NCBI RefSeq assembly: GCF_963506605.1
Contig: NC_083291.1
Coordinates: 2,356,001 to 2,420,000, forward strand
Origin: Zootoca vivipara
Lineage: Eukaryota
DNA length: 64,000 bases
Direction of reading: 5' to 3'
Positions within the stretch are counted from its first letter, which is position 1. Every line of letters starts with the position of its first letter. A program made the translations under genes and the position numbers. Below the pieces are notes generated by a model, which saw nothing but the letters and a program-made list of their open reading frames with translations, did not search any database and was not told where the DNA came from. Below are positions 47,401-59,143 of this stretch, one piece after another.

Positions 47401-49099
47401 CACAAGTGAGCCATGCCGCCGTTCTTGTTTACAGGAGAGATTACGTCCCTCATGAAGTGTCGCCTATAAAGCTGAGGCCGCCTGAACAATATTTCAAGAG
47501 CAATGCAGCTATGGACCTGTTGTCTACGTATAAGCAAGACTACAACCCTTACCCCATTAAGCGAGTGCCTCCTTGCGTGCCTCAGGAACGGAAATATTCT
47601 ACCGATGACAGGATGACCGCAGTACCAACGTACAAAGGTAAGTGTCAAAGGAGCTATTTTATAAGGTGATCTGCTTCTTTGCAACATCTTGGACATGGGG
47701 CTGAAACAAAGACGCCTTCATCCGTAGAATGTCACCATAGCAATTTGCCGCAGGACGGAGATGCTTTCTTTTGCACTTCAGCGCCATTGCTATAAATGGC
47801 CAGAGTCTGGTGTTGCAGCGACCAACTTGGTGAGGATCGGGTGACGTGAGGGACCAGTAAGGTTCCACCACCTCATTCTATCAAGCGGCCAACTCTGGCT
47901 TGGCTCCTGTGTCTGAGGCAGTGGTTGTTTGGGGGACCGCAGGTCAGCCTTGGTGGGATTATCTCATTGCAGCTTCTTGTTCACATCTCAGTATTTAAAA
48001 ACTGCAGAATTTGTGTGCAGAATCTGCATCATCACCAGAGGATATGCAAGGCTGGATGCAGCTGGGGAGACACACCCAGCGAGGAGCCTTTTCGGTGCTG
48101 TGTCTGTGGGGCAGAATGTTACCCCGAGAAAAGGCTGTTAAACTAGAGTAAGCAAGGGCTCACTTAAATGTTAAGAGCAGTGGAGGTTTTTTCTGGGGGT
48201 ACTCAAGGGTCTGCAGTACTGGCACCTCCCCCCCCCAAAAAAAACCATGTTAGAAGTGTCACAGTCACTGGAACAGCTTCACTGATTGAGAGAAATATTA
48301 AGAGGAACAGTGTCAACTCTGTTGGGGATACTGTCAGAAATAGGCAGGTCAGGAAGTTATTAGGCCCTGTATTGTAGATTTTGGTTGAGTTTCAAAGACT
48401 TTAAACATGATGCAGGTGTAACAAGGTAAAAGTAAAGGACCCTGGATGGTTAAATCCAATCAAAGGCAGCTATGGGGTTGCGGTGCTCATCTCGCTTTCA
48501 GGCCGAGGGATTCGGCGTTTGTCCACAGGAAGCTTTCTGGGTCATGTGGCCAGCAGGACTAAACCGTTTCTGGCGTGACAGGACACGGTGATGGAAACCA
48601 GAGCGTACGGAAACGCCATTTACCTTCCTGCCGCAGCGGTACCTATTTATCTACTCGCACTGGCAAGCTTTCGAACTGCTAGGTTGGCAGGAGCTGGGAC
48701 AGAGCAACGGGAGCTCACCCCGTGGTGGGGATTCGCACTGCCGACCTTCTGATTTGGCAAGCCCAAGAGACTCATTGGTGTAGACCCTTGGTACAAAAGG
48801 AGGAAGCAGGATGGTGCCCCCGGGACAATCCACTACTCCAATCTGAACATTTTGTATAGCGTGTGAACAAATGGTATGCGTACAAACATACAGACTGCTT
48901 ACAGGGCTTTTATACAGAAGGTCTGTATGCACTAAGTCATTCACAAGGTATAGGAAATGTGACTAACTGGGTTAGGGGAACCTGTGGCAGACACGCCAAA
49001 TGCCCCGGTTTTCCAGGGACAGTCCCGGAATTACTGAGGCCATCCCAGTTTATGATTTGATCCTGGGATGTCCAGGTTTTCCTTTTTCTTCCCCCTCCA

Positions 49100-49139
<40 letters not shown>

Positions 49140-52100
49140 TGTGTGTGTGTGTGTGTGTACCTATAATTTTGAGGGAAAAGGTCACCGATCCACTTTAAAT
49201 TCTTTCATTGCAATGCTTCAGCAGCCAGCCATTTTTAAGGAAACGCGTGGAGTGTTGATTCCTTTACTGTAAATGGAGCCTTGCACTGCAAGCCTTTACA
49301 TGTCTACTCAGGAGTAAGTCCCACTGTATTCAGTGGAGCTTACTCCCAAGTAACTGGTTAAAGACTGTGGAGCCTTACATTGCAATCCTAAGCATTTTTA
49401 TTCAGAACTAAGTTCTAATGTGTTCAATAGGATTTACTCTGGAATGTTCTTGATCATTTTCACCGTTTCCATCATCATCAGCATCATCATCACCCACTTT
49501 TCCCCCTGACAGGGACTCAAGGCAGCTTACAGATACAAGTTTATTTCATTCCATTTGTATGTGGAAGGTGTTGGGCATGATCCCTTCTCTCACACGTTTT
49601 TCCTTCACCACAATCCTATGAGGTTGGTTCGGTGGAGAGGTTACAATTGGCTCAAAGTGCCATAGGTCGATGTGCAGATGAAGTCTATGTGTGTGGGAGA
49701 TCAAACACGGGAGCATCTTCCTGACGCAGAATAGGATTCCCTGTTTTCATTAGAGAAATGTTGGAGGGCATGCCATGGACACAATCCTGCTCCCTGCCTA
49801 CGCATGCCGATTGTGCACGCATGCCCCTTCTGTCCCGTCTTACCTGGCCCTTCGGGTGTGTGGATTCATCCCCTCAATGACGTTAATGTCCCAAACCGAA
49901 GTGCTTAAACTACCTGCAGATGAACCATATGAAAACCTTAGATAATGATTTGCAGAGCCTTTGCTGGGGTTCCGAGAGCCGTAATGAAATGCAGCTCGGC
50001 TACATTTGGTTGCAGTTTACAACTTTTTATCACAATTCTCTGCAAATGGAAATCCCCAGCTAAGAATTGGTCCCATGGTCTTGGGCATATTGTGCTGATC
50101 CATTGTTTATAGGGCACATTTAATTGATTTGGAGGACTGGAGCAAAGTGGCGCTTTCTAGTAGTTCAGGCAGTTATATCTCCTTAGCCAGAGTCAGACCA
50201 ATTAAACTGCACTCATGGAGTTCCTGCGAGTGGAGCTCTCCATTCACTTCAAGGCAGCTGCTTCCATCAGTGGAATGGAAGGCAATTCCTTCTCCCCACT
50301 GCAGCTCCACCCTCAGTCAACTCTGGAGGATTTGGAACGGTGCTGGATTTACATATGAGCTAAACAAGCAGGTGGCGCTGTGGGTTAAACCACAGAGTTT
50401 AGAGCTTGCTGATCAGAAGGTCGGCGGTTCGAATCCCTGTGACGGGGTGAGCTCCTGTTGCTTGGTCCCAGCTCCTGCCAACCTAGCAGTTCGAAAGCAT
50501 GTCAAAATGCAAGTAGATAAATAGGAACCGCTACAGCGGGAAGGTAAACGGCGTTTCCATGTGCTGCTCTGGTTTGCCAGAAGTGGCTTTGTCATGCTGG
50601 CCACATGACCTGGAAGCTGTACGCCGGCTCCCTCGGCCAATAATGCGAGATGAGTGCGCAATCCCAGAGTCGGTCACGACTGGCCCTAATGGTCAGGGGT
50701 CCCTTTACCTTACATCCAGCAACAGTGTTTTGTGTTGCGTAGGCTCCTATGATGTAAGTCAAGCCTAGGCAAACTCGGCCCTCCAGCTGTTTTGGGACTA
50801 CAACTCCCACCATCCCTAGCTAACAGGACCAGTGGTCAGGGATGATGGGAGTTGTAGTCCCAAAACATCTAGAGGGCCGAGTTTGTCTATGCCTGATGAA
50901 AGTAATGGACTCCACCTGCTAGCCTGCTCCCTAAAATATCACTGGTTTGCTCATTTCTATATACAATGGTACCTTGGTTCTCCAACTTAATCTGTTCCAG
51001 AAGTCTGTTCCAAAACCAAAGCTTTCCAAAACCACGGCGTGCTTTCCCATAGAAAGTAATGCAAAACAGATAAATCCCTTCCAGACTTTTAAAAACTACC
51101 CCTCAAAACAGCAATTTCTTCTTAGTTGTATTTCACTATTAATGTACTTCTTCTTAATTGTATTTCAGTTCAACAATTATTTGATAAAATACATATTTTG
51201 TGATGTGCAAATGGCTTTAGATGTTGACAAAGGGCAGCTGGACAAATAAAGGGCCCCATTACCTTCACTAGCTGAGGGCCTCATCCAACCGAAATCTGGC
51301 CCTGCTTTGGAACAATGTGGGAGGAGGTGCACTGGGGCAGAGGACGATTGCCCCCAATTGCCTCCCTCCCCTTTCTGCTGATGGAAGCCTCGGATACAAC
51401 CTACTTACCCCATTTCATAGAATCCTACAATTACAGAGTTAGAAGGGAATTTGTGGTGCAGGGATCAGACCCACCAACGCAGATCCACATTACCCTGTTC
51501 TCTTTCAAGGTCAGGTCAGGGACAATTCCTTCCATTCATCATATGGAGATGGAATACAATTCAGACAGAAATGACAGCGAGAGGGGAAAATGCAGTTTTT
51601 GCATTTACATCTACATAGACCCCACCCCACCGAGAGGACGTAAGACCCAGCCAGCCAGTGTGGCAGAAAATGATGCTATCAGGTCGCAACGAATGCCTTG
51701 CAACTTTGCAGCATGTGTATTGTTCCAGTCTTAACATTATCTTCTAGATACACTCCTGATCTCTCCATAGGTAGATAATCTAATTTTAGAGTCATTTTGT
51801 TTGGCTATGCTGAGTTCTGCCTGAGCTTTTTTTTTTAACATGTGGTGTGTATCCTTGATTCCCTCCCCTATTTCTTAATTTTTTCAAGATGGTGATACAT
51901 GGGAAGCCATTAATACCCACCAGAGAAGAAGGAGAGTTTCAATGAAATTGTAACATATTTTGATGGTGGATGGGAGCCCTGTTGGCTCCAACAAAGTAAA
52001 ATGTATTCATAATACCTAGGAGAGCTCTAAATGTGTGGAGTTCATTTTAAAACACACCCACACACCCACACCCGTGCCATGGAAGACATATGGAAACATT

Positions 52101-54911
52101 TGTCATCTTCCAAATATTGTAAAAAAACTCCCATATCAGCAAACATCCTAGGCCAGATTATCACAAGTAATGGCAAACTCTGGAAATACTTCCGTACGTC
52201 TTCAATGGCCTACAAAAAGCGTGTTTGAAAGGTAATCCTTATAAATTTGCTCCATGGTTTCATAGAGACTGTGTTAAGAAGCAGCCATTAAAAAAAAATG
52301 AGGGATGTTCTCACTTAGTTGTCGCTCCATTTCCCCATGGTTCCTTTCAGTACATGTGCGTGGCTCCTTCCCAAAGTAACCTTAATCCTTTATTGCCTGC
52401 AGTAGCTATTAAGCTGTGGCTCTCCGCAGAGATCCCTTGCAAGCACCTCTGTGCTCCTCGAGAGGCAGCATTGCAAGGAAGCAGATTTAAATTCCAAGGC
52501 TTGTCTTGATGGCAGCTTCTCAGGTAGCAAAGATGCAGGTGTGCGGATGAGAATCGGGAAGAAGTTAAAGATCACACAGGGCTTTGCATCACAACAAATT
52601 GTTGGGGCTGTGCCAGAGCAGACAATAAGGGCTGTTGCACACACAACACATAGATAACTTTTGGGATTCATTACCATTTTCAAGGCTCAGATAAATTCTA
52701 CTGGATTTATTCTACTTTTCCTGAGAATGCTCGAAGAAGCCAAGTGCACACGTTCTCTCTTTCTGACTCTTATGGGAGAGGGGTATCAGTGGTGCTCATT
52801 GGCACTCAACTAAAAGGACCCACATGTGCCCACAGACCTAAAAAGACGGGCGACTCCTAGGTCATAGGTTCATCAGCAGAGTCAAAATACCCATGAAGTA
52901 CGGAGCTGGTATCATCATTATCCTTTCGAATGCCAAACTAGAGTCAAACCACCTCCCCACTCACAACAGAGAGCTTGTAGTCCTCTGTTGAGCATCTCTC
53001 CCTTTTAGGGTAATACGTAGAAGAACTTACCTTCATTGTTGATACTGTGATGTTACAGTCCTTTAGACCCACTCCACAACTTTCTCTGGCTGCTGTAATG
53101 GGGACCAGGAATCACTTAGTGGAATCACGTTGCATGGGAAAATCAGGTCGATTTCAGAGGCAGCCCTGTGTTTCTTACAGTCCCACCCTCGTATGCTACC
53201 CTGCAATCTCTTTGGGCTGTTTTAGTAAAATTGAAGAAGCAGGCTTCTTTCTGTACACCTTTTTTTGGGTGCTCAACTCAGGAAATGCACATTTAATTCA
53301 AAATGGCATCTGGTCATAATGGCAATATGTTACTGCCAGAATCTGAGGCAGCCTGCCTGCCTCTAAAGGCCAGTCACTGTGGGGCAACTGCTGCAAGAAG
53401 AGGGCTTTTGCTCCCCACTGTTCCTTGTGTGCTTTCCAAAGGCATCTGATAGGAATTCCACTGTGTGGAAAAGGACGCTGGACTAGACATTGGTCTGATC
53501 CAGCAAGGAAGGCTCTTATGTTCTTAACATGATGTTGCACATCCCAAAACAGAGGGAAGTACAAAGAGACAGTGATCCAGGGACGTCTTGTTTCAGTATG
53601 TATTCAGCTATACAATTACCATGTTGATAATGCGTGCATCTCATCTGTTTCGTTGTGTTCATTCATACAGCGAATGTCTTGACATCTTTCTAATAACAAA
53701 GCAGCTGTATTTGTTCTTCATGCCCACGTTTGCATAAATCCTACTATTGTATTCATTAACATGGTATGCCGTAAGTGGAGTGGAAATGAGAATATGAGGA
53801 TAAACAATAGCCCCATATTATTAGTTAGCAAATGTTAGCACATGATTTTGCTTTAAAATCGCATTCTCCTTACATTTCAGCTGATTACTTGCCATGGAAG
53901 CAGGCCAAAAGGGACATGATTAAGCCGGCAAACACTTTCCGCCCAGCAGAAGATAAATTTGACTCTCGGACCACGCACCAGGATGAATACCTTTACAAGG
54001 GCCCAGTGATTACAAAGAGCTGCAAACCTTTTAGATCACCACACATTACAAAGATCCCCTTGGACAGTATGACCAATTATAAGTTGAATTACGTGGCACA
54101 CCCCATGTCAAAACGTCATGCCCACGTCCCTGAGCCATTCAAGCCCTGTAGCGAACCATTCGACGGTCTCACCACCCACAAGCAGTCCTACAAAGGGCTG
54201 GCAGGGCCACCCGCTCAGTCCGTGAAGCCCCCTTACGTGAGGCCGGACCTTTCCAGTTTTGTCGGGACTACCGAATTTCGGGAAAAGTTCTTAGCTTGGC
54301 CAACGGCCCCGCCGTTCAGCAGGAAGCCTCCCGCGTACATACCGCCTAAGGAGAAGATGGACCTTAAGACGATGGCGCAGCTTCATTACGTCGATCCCCA
54401 CGGCCGCCCGGCAACGTCCTGCAAACCTGTGGCCTGTGTCGTAACCCACACGGACCCCTTCAACCACTGCTCCACCATGAAGGAGGATTATAAGCACTGG
54501 GACTATTCGAAACCTAAGGCCATTGTTCCTAACTCCGAGGTCACATTGCCGAAAGTCCCCATGGACACCTTGACCACCTTCCAGAGCCATTACACTCCTC
54601 ACCCGCTTCCTTTCACCAAGAGCTTCAAGCCCCGACTGCCGGCAGCTCGGCCTCACGTCCCGTTTGTTGACGAAACCACCTACGCCACGTGCTACACACC
54701 CAAGAAAGTCCATATCTGCCCTGCCACGTACAAAGAGCCGCCCGGCTACGTATTTGAGAAGATCGATGAAGGGGGGCACAAGCGGTTCCGTCCTGCTACG
54801 GTGGCCCAGGACCGATGTGCGTCCAGTTTGAATATCGGTGACCGTAGAAGCAGTCTTCCTGGCGGCAGCTTAAGTCAAACGGGCCTCAAAGAGGTTGCGA
54901 TGAAAGCCTGA
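23911..54911 (+). CDS. SAXO1: Stabilizer of axonemal microtubules 1 (FAM154A), whole-gene span (4 coding exons, 1473 nt, 490 aa)
   Basis: CICEICDCG|RHQCPH N-terminus, 12 T/SxYxxDY/F-type Mn modules, C-terminal PPGYVFE..D..GH motif; adjacent to HAUS6 as in human. Confidence 0.95.
24174..24357. mobile_element. Tigger-like MITE
   Basis: CAGTCATACCTTGGAAGTC TIRs. Confidence 0.75.
25156..25408. mobile_element. TAGGG-terminated hAT MITE (related copies ~31019-31285, 39030-39190, 40912-42430)
   Basis: TAGGGCTGGG...CCCAGCCCTA termini; perfect 8-bp TSD ctgggtgg. Confidence 0.8.
26672..26699. repeat. (GT)n microsatellite
   Basis: Read directly. Confidence 0.95.
26903..27214 (-). mobile_element. Sauria SINE (5'-truncated)
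   Basis: CTCCTGCCAACCTAGCAGTTCGAAAGCA core and ACCTTTACCTTT tail. Confidence 0.9.
28957..29157. mobile_element. hAT MITE (CAGGGTTGCCA termini) inside an L2 fragment
   Basis: TSD gcctcggg/gcctgggg. Confidence 0.7.
30270..30499. mobile_element. Tigger-like MITE
   Basis: CAGTGGTACCTCG TIRs, TA flanks. Confidence 0.8.
30711..30845. mobile_element. ~136-bp palindromic hAT MITE
   Basis: Perfect TSD ggttagcc. Confidence 0.9.
31942..32184. mobile_element. Tigger-like MITE
   Basis: CAGTCAAACCT TIRs. Confidence 0.75.
33400..33491 (-). mobile_element. Short Penelope-like (PLE) terminal-repeat insertion
   Basis: Nearly identical to the repeat at 11209-11290; flanked by the 17-bp TSD actaaagagataaaaca (33383-33399 / 33492-33508). 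Confidence 0.85.
33454..33491 (-). ncRNA. Minimal type I hammerhead ribozyme motif
   Basis: Minus strand GUAU-CUGAAGA-c-GUGUGCAUGCACAC-GAAA-GC-UC^AUAC: core boxes, helix II, 4-bp helix I and a near-palindromic, loopless helix III. Confidence 0.65.
33591..33621. repeat. (AG)n microsatellite
   Basis: Read directly. Confidence 0.95.
34914..35036. mobile_element. Palindromic hAT MITE (internally shortened)
   Basis: Same TIRs as 14430; TSD imperfect. Confidence 0.8.
35416..35452. repeat. (AAT)n microsatellite
   Basis: Read directly. Confidence 0.95.
35744..35998 (+). mobile_element. Non-autonomous hAT (Charlie/OC1-like)
   Basis: CATGGGTAGGCAAACT...AGTTTGCTGACCCCTG termini; TSD ggttaaaa/ggttcaaa. 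Confidence 0.8.
37296..37535. mobile_element. hAT MITE inserted in the Ngaro 3' region
   Basis: CAGGGGTCGGCAA...TTGCCTGCCCCTG termini; perfect TSD gactaaag. Confidence 0.85.
37610..38155 (-). pseudogene. SGNH/GDSL-hydrolase domain remnant of the Ngaro element
   Basis: Hand translation: KHIWIIGRSIVYW...VRLFWLGQ*GMR*DALLP...PPDTLLIHLGENDL.../TTIFWSELLPRLKWRGA...KINR...IKHPDI...FRTD*VHL...EEWIQL*; three in-frame stops and one frameshift. Confidence 0.8.
38168..39033 (-). pseudogene. Tyrosine recombinase remnant (frameshifted)
   Basis: ORFs 38848..39033 and 38168..38785 plus HSFHIGAA in a shifted frame; the catalytic K and second R positions are substituted. Confidence 0.85.
40927..41963. mobile_element. 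1-kb Tigger-like non-autonomous element with GC-rich internal tandem repeats
   Basis: TA|CAGTGGTGCCTCGCTAGA...TCTAGCGAGGCACCCCTG|TA. Confidence 0.85.
42023..42220. mobile_element. hAT MITE nested in the TAGGG element
   Basis: CAGAGCTTTCC...GGAAGCTG termini; TSD tgatgtat/tgatatat. Confidence 0.6.
44590..44912 (+). mobile_element. Probable solo LTR
   Basis: TG...CA ends, CCAAT ~44771, TATATAA ~44814, AATAAA ~44859; no clean TSD. Confidence 0.5.
45050..45459 (-). mobile_element. L1-type retroposed 3' fragment
   Basis: 16-bp TSD gagaagcgcaaatttt (45034-49 / 45460-75); AATAAA and A-rich tail on the minus strand; TTTT/AA target. Confidence 0.75.
46138..46314 (+). CDS. SAXO1: SAXO1 exon 2 (RHQCPHITRPYEMNEKPCLLTEYTDKY...PMEGISTM)
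   Basis: 177 nt, cctccag| acceptor and AG|gtaaag donor; EKPCLLxEYT motif. Confidence 0.95.
46690..46810 (+). mobile_element. CR1 reverse-transcriptase fragment (CR1 3' ends also at ~470-535, 2100-2165, 17488-17541)
   Basis: KSPGPDKLHP..VLKDLTDVISEPLS-like translation; ATTCTATG tails at the other sites. Confidence 0.6.
47435..47637 (+). CDS. SAXO1: SAXO1 exon 3 (RDYVPHEV...MDLLSTYKQDYNPYP...PTYK)
   Basis: 203 nt, G|gtaagt donor. Confidence 0.95.
48425..48787 (-). mobile_element. Sauria SINE
   Basis: Same diagnostic core and tail. Confidence 0.9.
49102..49158. repeat. Compound (TC)n(TG)n microsatellite
   Basis: Read directly. Confidence 0.95.
50369..50712 (+). mobile_element. Sauria SINE
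   Basis: GGTGGCGCTGTGGGTTAAACC A box, GGTTCGAATCCC B box, CCTTTACCTT tail. Confidence 0.92.
50760..50895. mobile_element. ~136-bp palindromic hAT MITE
   Basis: TSD atgtaagt/atgaaagt. Confidence 0.85.
53881..54911 (+). CDS. SAXO1: SAXO1 exon 4 (DYLPW...EVAMKA*)
   Basis: tttcag| acceptor; lies in ORF 53832..54911; eight Mn modules. Confidence 0.96.
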
Positions 54912-55015
54912 TGTTTTTCAAGCTAGTTTTCAACACACCACTGAATTTATTTGTTGATGAATGCTATTGGTATCATGTCTATTTCCAGAGGATTGTCGCC
55001 CTTCTGGTAGAGCTG

Positions 55016-55025
55016 AATAAATAAA
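55016..55025 (+). terminator. SAXO1 polyadenylation signal
   Basis: Overlapping AATAAATAAA ~105 nt after the stop codon. Confidence 0.7.
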
Positions 55026-55309
55026 TAACATTCTAGGAAAGCTTTCCTCCCCTGGTTGCATTCTGACATTTCTGGAGCTGCCACCAGAAAACCATATGGC
55101 GCGATCCTCTGCATATCTACTTGGAAGTCCCATTGAGTTCAATGGCTCTTTCTTGCAGGTACAGGTATGCAGCTTAAATTCATTAATCGTATGAGTCTGA
55201 ACTGATTGACAATTAATCGATCAAATCTATGTTTGCATGTGAGGGGAAAACAATAATTCTCCAGGGGGCAAATGTTTTTAAAATTGACATGCATAGGCAT
55301 GTCACGTGC

Positions 55310-55662
55310 GATGCAGGTGGTGCTGTGGGTTAAACCACTGAGCCTAAGGCTTGCCGATCAGAAGGTCGGCGGTTCGAATCCCTGTGACGGGGTGAGCTTC
55401 CGTTGCTTGGTCCCAGCTCCTGCCAACCTAGCAGTTTGAAAGCATGTCAAAGTGCAAGTAGATAAATAGGAACCGCTACAGCGGGAAGGTAAACGGCGTT
55501 TCCGTGTGCTGCTCTGGTTTGCCAGAAGCGGCTTTGTCATGCTGGCCACATGACCTGGAAGCTATACGCCGGCTCCCTTCGGCCAATAATGCGAGATGAG
55601 CCCGCAACCCCAGAGTCGGTCACGACTGGACCTAATGGTCAGGGGTCCCCTTACCTTTACCT
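55310..55662 (+). mobile_element. Sauria SINE
   Basis: Full length, close to the 50369 copy. Confidence 0.92.
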
Positions 55663-56895
55663 ATGTCATAGAAGGGATCAGCACTGGTGAGTCCTTGTTG
55701 CACACAGATGTGTGTGTTTTCTTTTAAAGTGATGCTTGTAATCCGGTTTTATATATGCGGAATAATGTTTCTTAAGGTCTACTGCCCAATTAATTAGGGC
55801 TCCTTTTTTTTTAAGTCAGCAAAATGTTTTTAATTGATTAAACTGTCCAATTCATCGACTAAGCACCGGAACCCTACTAATTGCAGCTGCTACTGTTAAG
55901 CAGAACTTCATTGCCAGAAGGGGAGGTGATGGGACTCAGCTCTGCACAGAAGTGAATCTTTTTGGACTTGAAAGTGCTGCTATTAATGCCCAGAATCATA
56001 AGAGTAGCGAGGGTCGTCTTGGAGCCGCCTTCCAGGACGCAGTTACAGCACCCCTGACCAATAGCTGACCCTCTGCTTAAATACCACCAGCGAAGGAGAG
56101 TCCACCACCACTTCCCAAGGCGGCCTGCTCTGTTCATCCACTTGAGAACTCTGCACATGCTCAGAGTCATGGTCCTTGTTAGTCAGTCCAGTTACTAGCC
56201 CAGACGCATTTTTACGACTTTATTCATTTGTGAGAAATTTATGTTGTAAAGGGAAGAAAATGACTTCAGGGCAGATCTACACCATACATTTAAGGTGCAT
56301 CCGACACACATTTTAAAAGCTTCTCCCAGAGAATCCTGGGAAATGTGGTTTGTTAATAAGGCTGGGAATTCTAGCTCCGTGAAGGGGAAACTACAGTTCC
56401 CAGGATGTATAGTCGTCATGAGGCTTTGCTGCATATTCCAAAAACTGAATTTTGGCCCTAAAAACAGCTTCCAGGCCTAGCAGGGACCAACCCTGACTAT
56501 AATTAACTAATAGCCTCACTGCACCTGCGGTTTTGTTCTTAGCAATCCCAGGGGTTTCCAGGATTGCCATGTGTCCTAAATCACAGATGATGGCCAATTT
56601 GTTTGAAGGGCTGTCCAGCCCAAGCCCAGTTTAAAGATAGAACCACCAAAGGCAGGAGGCTGGAAGTTGTACATTTATTGTTAGCACCTGGGCAGAAGAC
56701 TGAGCAAGCACCCGGGTCACCTCACATGATTCTGGTGAGTTGCATTTTTATTTAAAATTACAATAATTAATGCTAAATTGACATGCAAAGGGATGAGGCT
56801 CTCTCTAAAACCCGAGAGAGCCTCTGGCAGTCTGTGTAGGCAATGCAGAACTTGGTGAACCGTTGATCTCACTCGGCACAAGGCCTATGGAGGGG

Positions 56896-57100
56896 CAGTG
56901 TGGTGTACTGGTTAGAGTGTTGGATTAGCACCTGGGGGAGACCAGGGTTCACATCCCCACTTAATTCATTGGGTGGCCTTGGGCCAGTCCCTGTCTCTTG
57001 CAGGATTCTTGTGAGCATAAAAAGTGGAGGAGGAAAAGCCCCGTGGGGCACCTTGAGCTCTTTGGAGAAAAGGTGGAATATAAATCAAACAGATGAATAA
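56896..57100 (+). mobile_element. Older CORE SINE
   Basis: CAGTGTGGTGTACTGGTTAGAGTG head, GGGTGGCCTTGGGCCAGTC core. Confidence 0.65.
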
Positions 57101-57106
57101 GATATA

Positions 57107-57595
57107 CAGTGGTACCTTGGTTCTCAAACGCCTTAGTACTCAAACAACTTGGAACCCAAACACTGCAAACCCGGAAGTAAGTGTTTTGGTTTGCAAACTT
57201 TTTTCGGAAGCCGAATGTCCTCCATTTTGAGTGTTACGCTTCCGTTTTGAGAGTTACGCTGTGGTCTGTCTGTTTTTGCTATCTATTTTGCGTTTTTGTT
57301 TTTGCAGCTCCTTGCTTGTTTTGTTTTTGTGACTGTGTGGAACCCAGTTCAGCTACTGATTGATTGATTGTGTGACTGAAGTACATTGCTTATTGCTTTC
57401 ATTTCATGGATCAATGGTCTCATTAGATAGTAAAATTCATGTTAAATGGCTGTTTTAGGGGTTGTTTTTAGAACTCTGGAATGGATTAATCTGTTTTGCA
57501 CGACTTTCTATGGGAAAGGGCGCCTTCGTTTTGGAACGCTTTGCTTTTGGAACGGACTTCTGGAATGGATTAAGTTTGGGAACAAGGTACCACAG
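57107..57595. mobile_element. Tigger-like MITE (related partial copies ~50964-51115 and ~57858-58090)
   Basis: CAGTGGTACCTTGGTTC...GAACAAGGTACCACAG termini. Confidence 0.8.
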
Positions 57596-59143
57596 AACAT
57601 GAAAATCAAAATGCATATCAGTGTTGTTTAAAGCTGTGCCCTCTTTTGGGAGATTTACGTAAGTGCCAATGGAGGCACTTACTCAGGCAGGAATCTGATA
57701 TCCCAAACCTCTTTCTGTGGGGAGTGTCAATTGTCCAAAATTTCTTGGTTATATGGGAAGTCTGGAGAATGTCACCATTTTACATTCTGCTTAGTGGAAA
57801 TCGCGGCTCATGCATTCAGTCTTAGTTTTGCTTAAGGGTTAGGGTTTGCAGCCACTGTTGGTTTTCGAACAGCTTAGTTCTCAAACGTTTTGGCTCTCGA
57901 ACGCCACAAACCTGGAAGTGACTTTTCTAGTTTGCAAACTGTTTTTGGAAGCCGAACATCTGACGGGCCTCCGTGGCTTCTGATTGGCTGCAGGAGCTTC
58001 CTGCAGCCAATCAGAAGCTGTGCTTTGGTTTCTGAATGTTTTGGAAGTCGAACGGACTTTGGATTCTGTTCGACTTCCAAGGTACGACTGTATTTGGTTC
58101 TCCTGGCTATTGGTTAGCCATTCCCTGCTTCCTGGCTCAGGAAAGTCCACATCTTTCCTCCTGGGTGCAGTCATACTTGATCTACTATGATGCGTCTCAA
58201 CCAGTTGAAGGATCTCTTTCTTTCTTTCTTGGTAATAAAAACCACTAGGTTGGACCACTGGGTTTGTAGAAAACCAGCCACATAAACGTTTACTTCCAAC
58301 CTGACAGAATATTTACCTAAACCAGTAATTTAGGCTTAACAAATAATTTTGGGGAAAGTAGGGGAGGGAATAGCAAGCTTCGATCTGACCATTGAAGCAT
58401 TTCCTTAAGTAACAAGGAGCAAGTTCTGGGTTCCTTCATTAGCAGTTAAATTATTCACCGTTTCTCCGGTCTCTTCGGTTCACATGGCATTCCTGTTTGT
58501 TTGGGTTGACCTTCTGGATTGAAGCATGAGATCACCCCAATGGTCATGAGGGACCAAGAGGCAGCAGACTGTTTTATAGGATCAGAGGAGCGCCTGCATG
58601 TGCAGAAGAAATTGATTTCTCAATTCCCACATGATTTCGTTGCAAGCATATTTACAGTGCAGGGCGTGCAGCCACAGCGATCATAATAATTACCCACTCA
58701 AAAGCAAATGTTTTGTATTTCAAATCACAGCCTCTCCCAGCACTTTAATTCCTTCTCAGCCAGACACATATGCACCATATTTGTTTGTTATCGCAGATTA
58801 TCAGCTGTTTTACCCTTTAGATAGTTTGGTCTTTTGAAGGAAGAACTCTAAGCCATGATAAGCTTTCATGGGAAGCTAAGACCACTATCCTGTGAACATT
58901 GGATTTATGTAAGGACAGGCCCTCTGTGTGTCCCTATTTTCCAGGGACACTCCTGGCAGGACAGAAGCTGTCCTGGTTTCTGATTTGATCCTGGAATGTC
59001 CTCCTTTTCTTTATGACAACCCTATTTTAATCGCAGAAATGTTGGAGGGTATGGAGTTATGTGACCCCCCGAGCCAAGGAGATAAGTAACCATACAACCT
59101 TTAGAAGACATCAGAAGGTAGCCCTGTATAGGGAAGTTTTCTA

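Noticed and set aside
53832-53880. ATG of the 359-aa ORF as the SAXO1 start
   Set aside because: It is intronic. Upstream exons supply the conserved N-terminus.
54291-54779. 162-aa antisense ORF
   Set aside because: Shadow of the GC3-rich SAXO1 exon 4.
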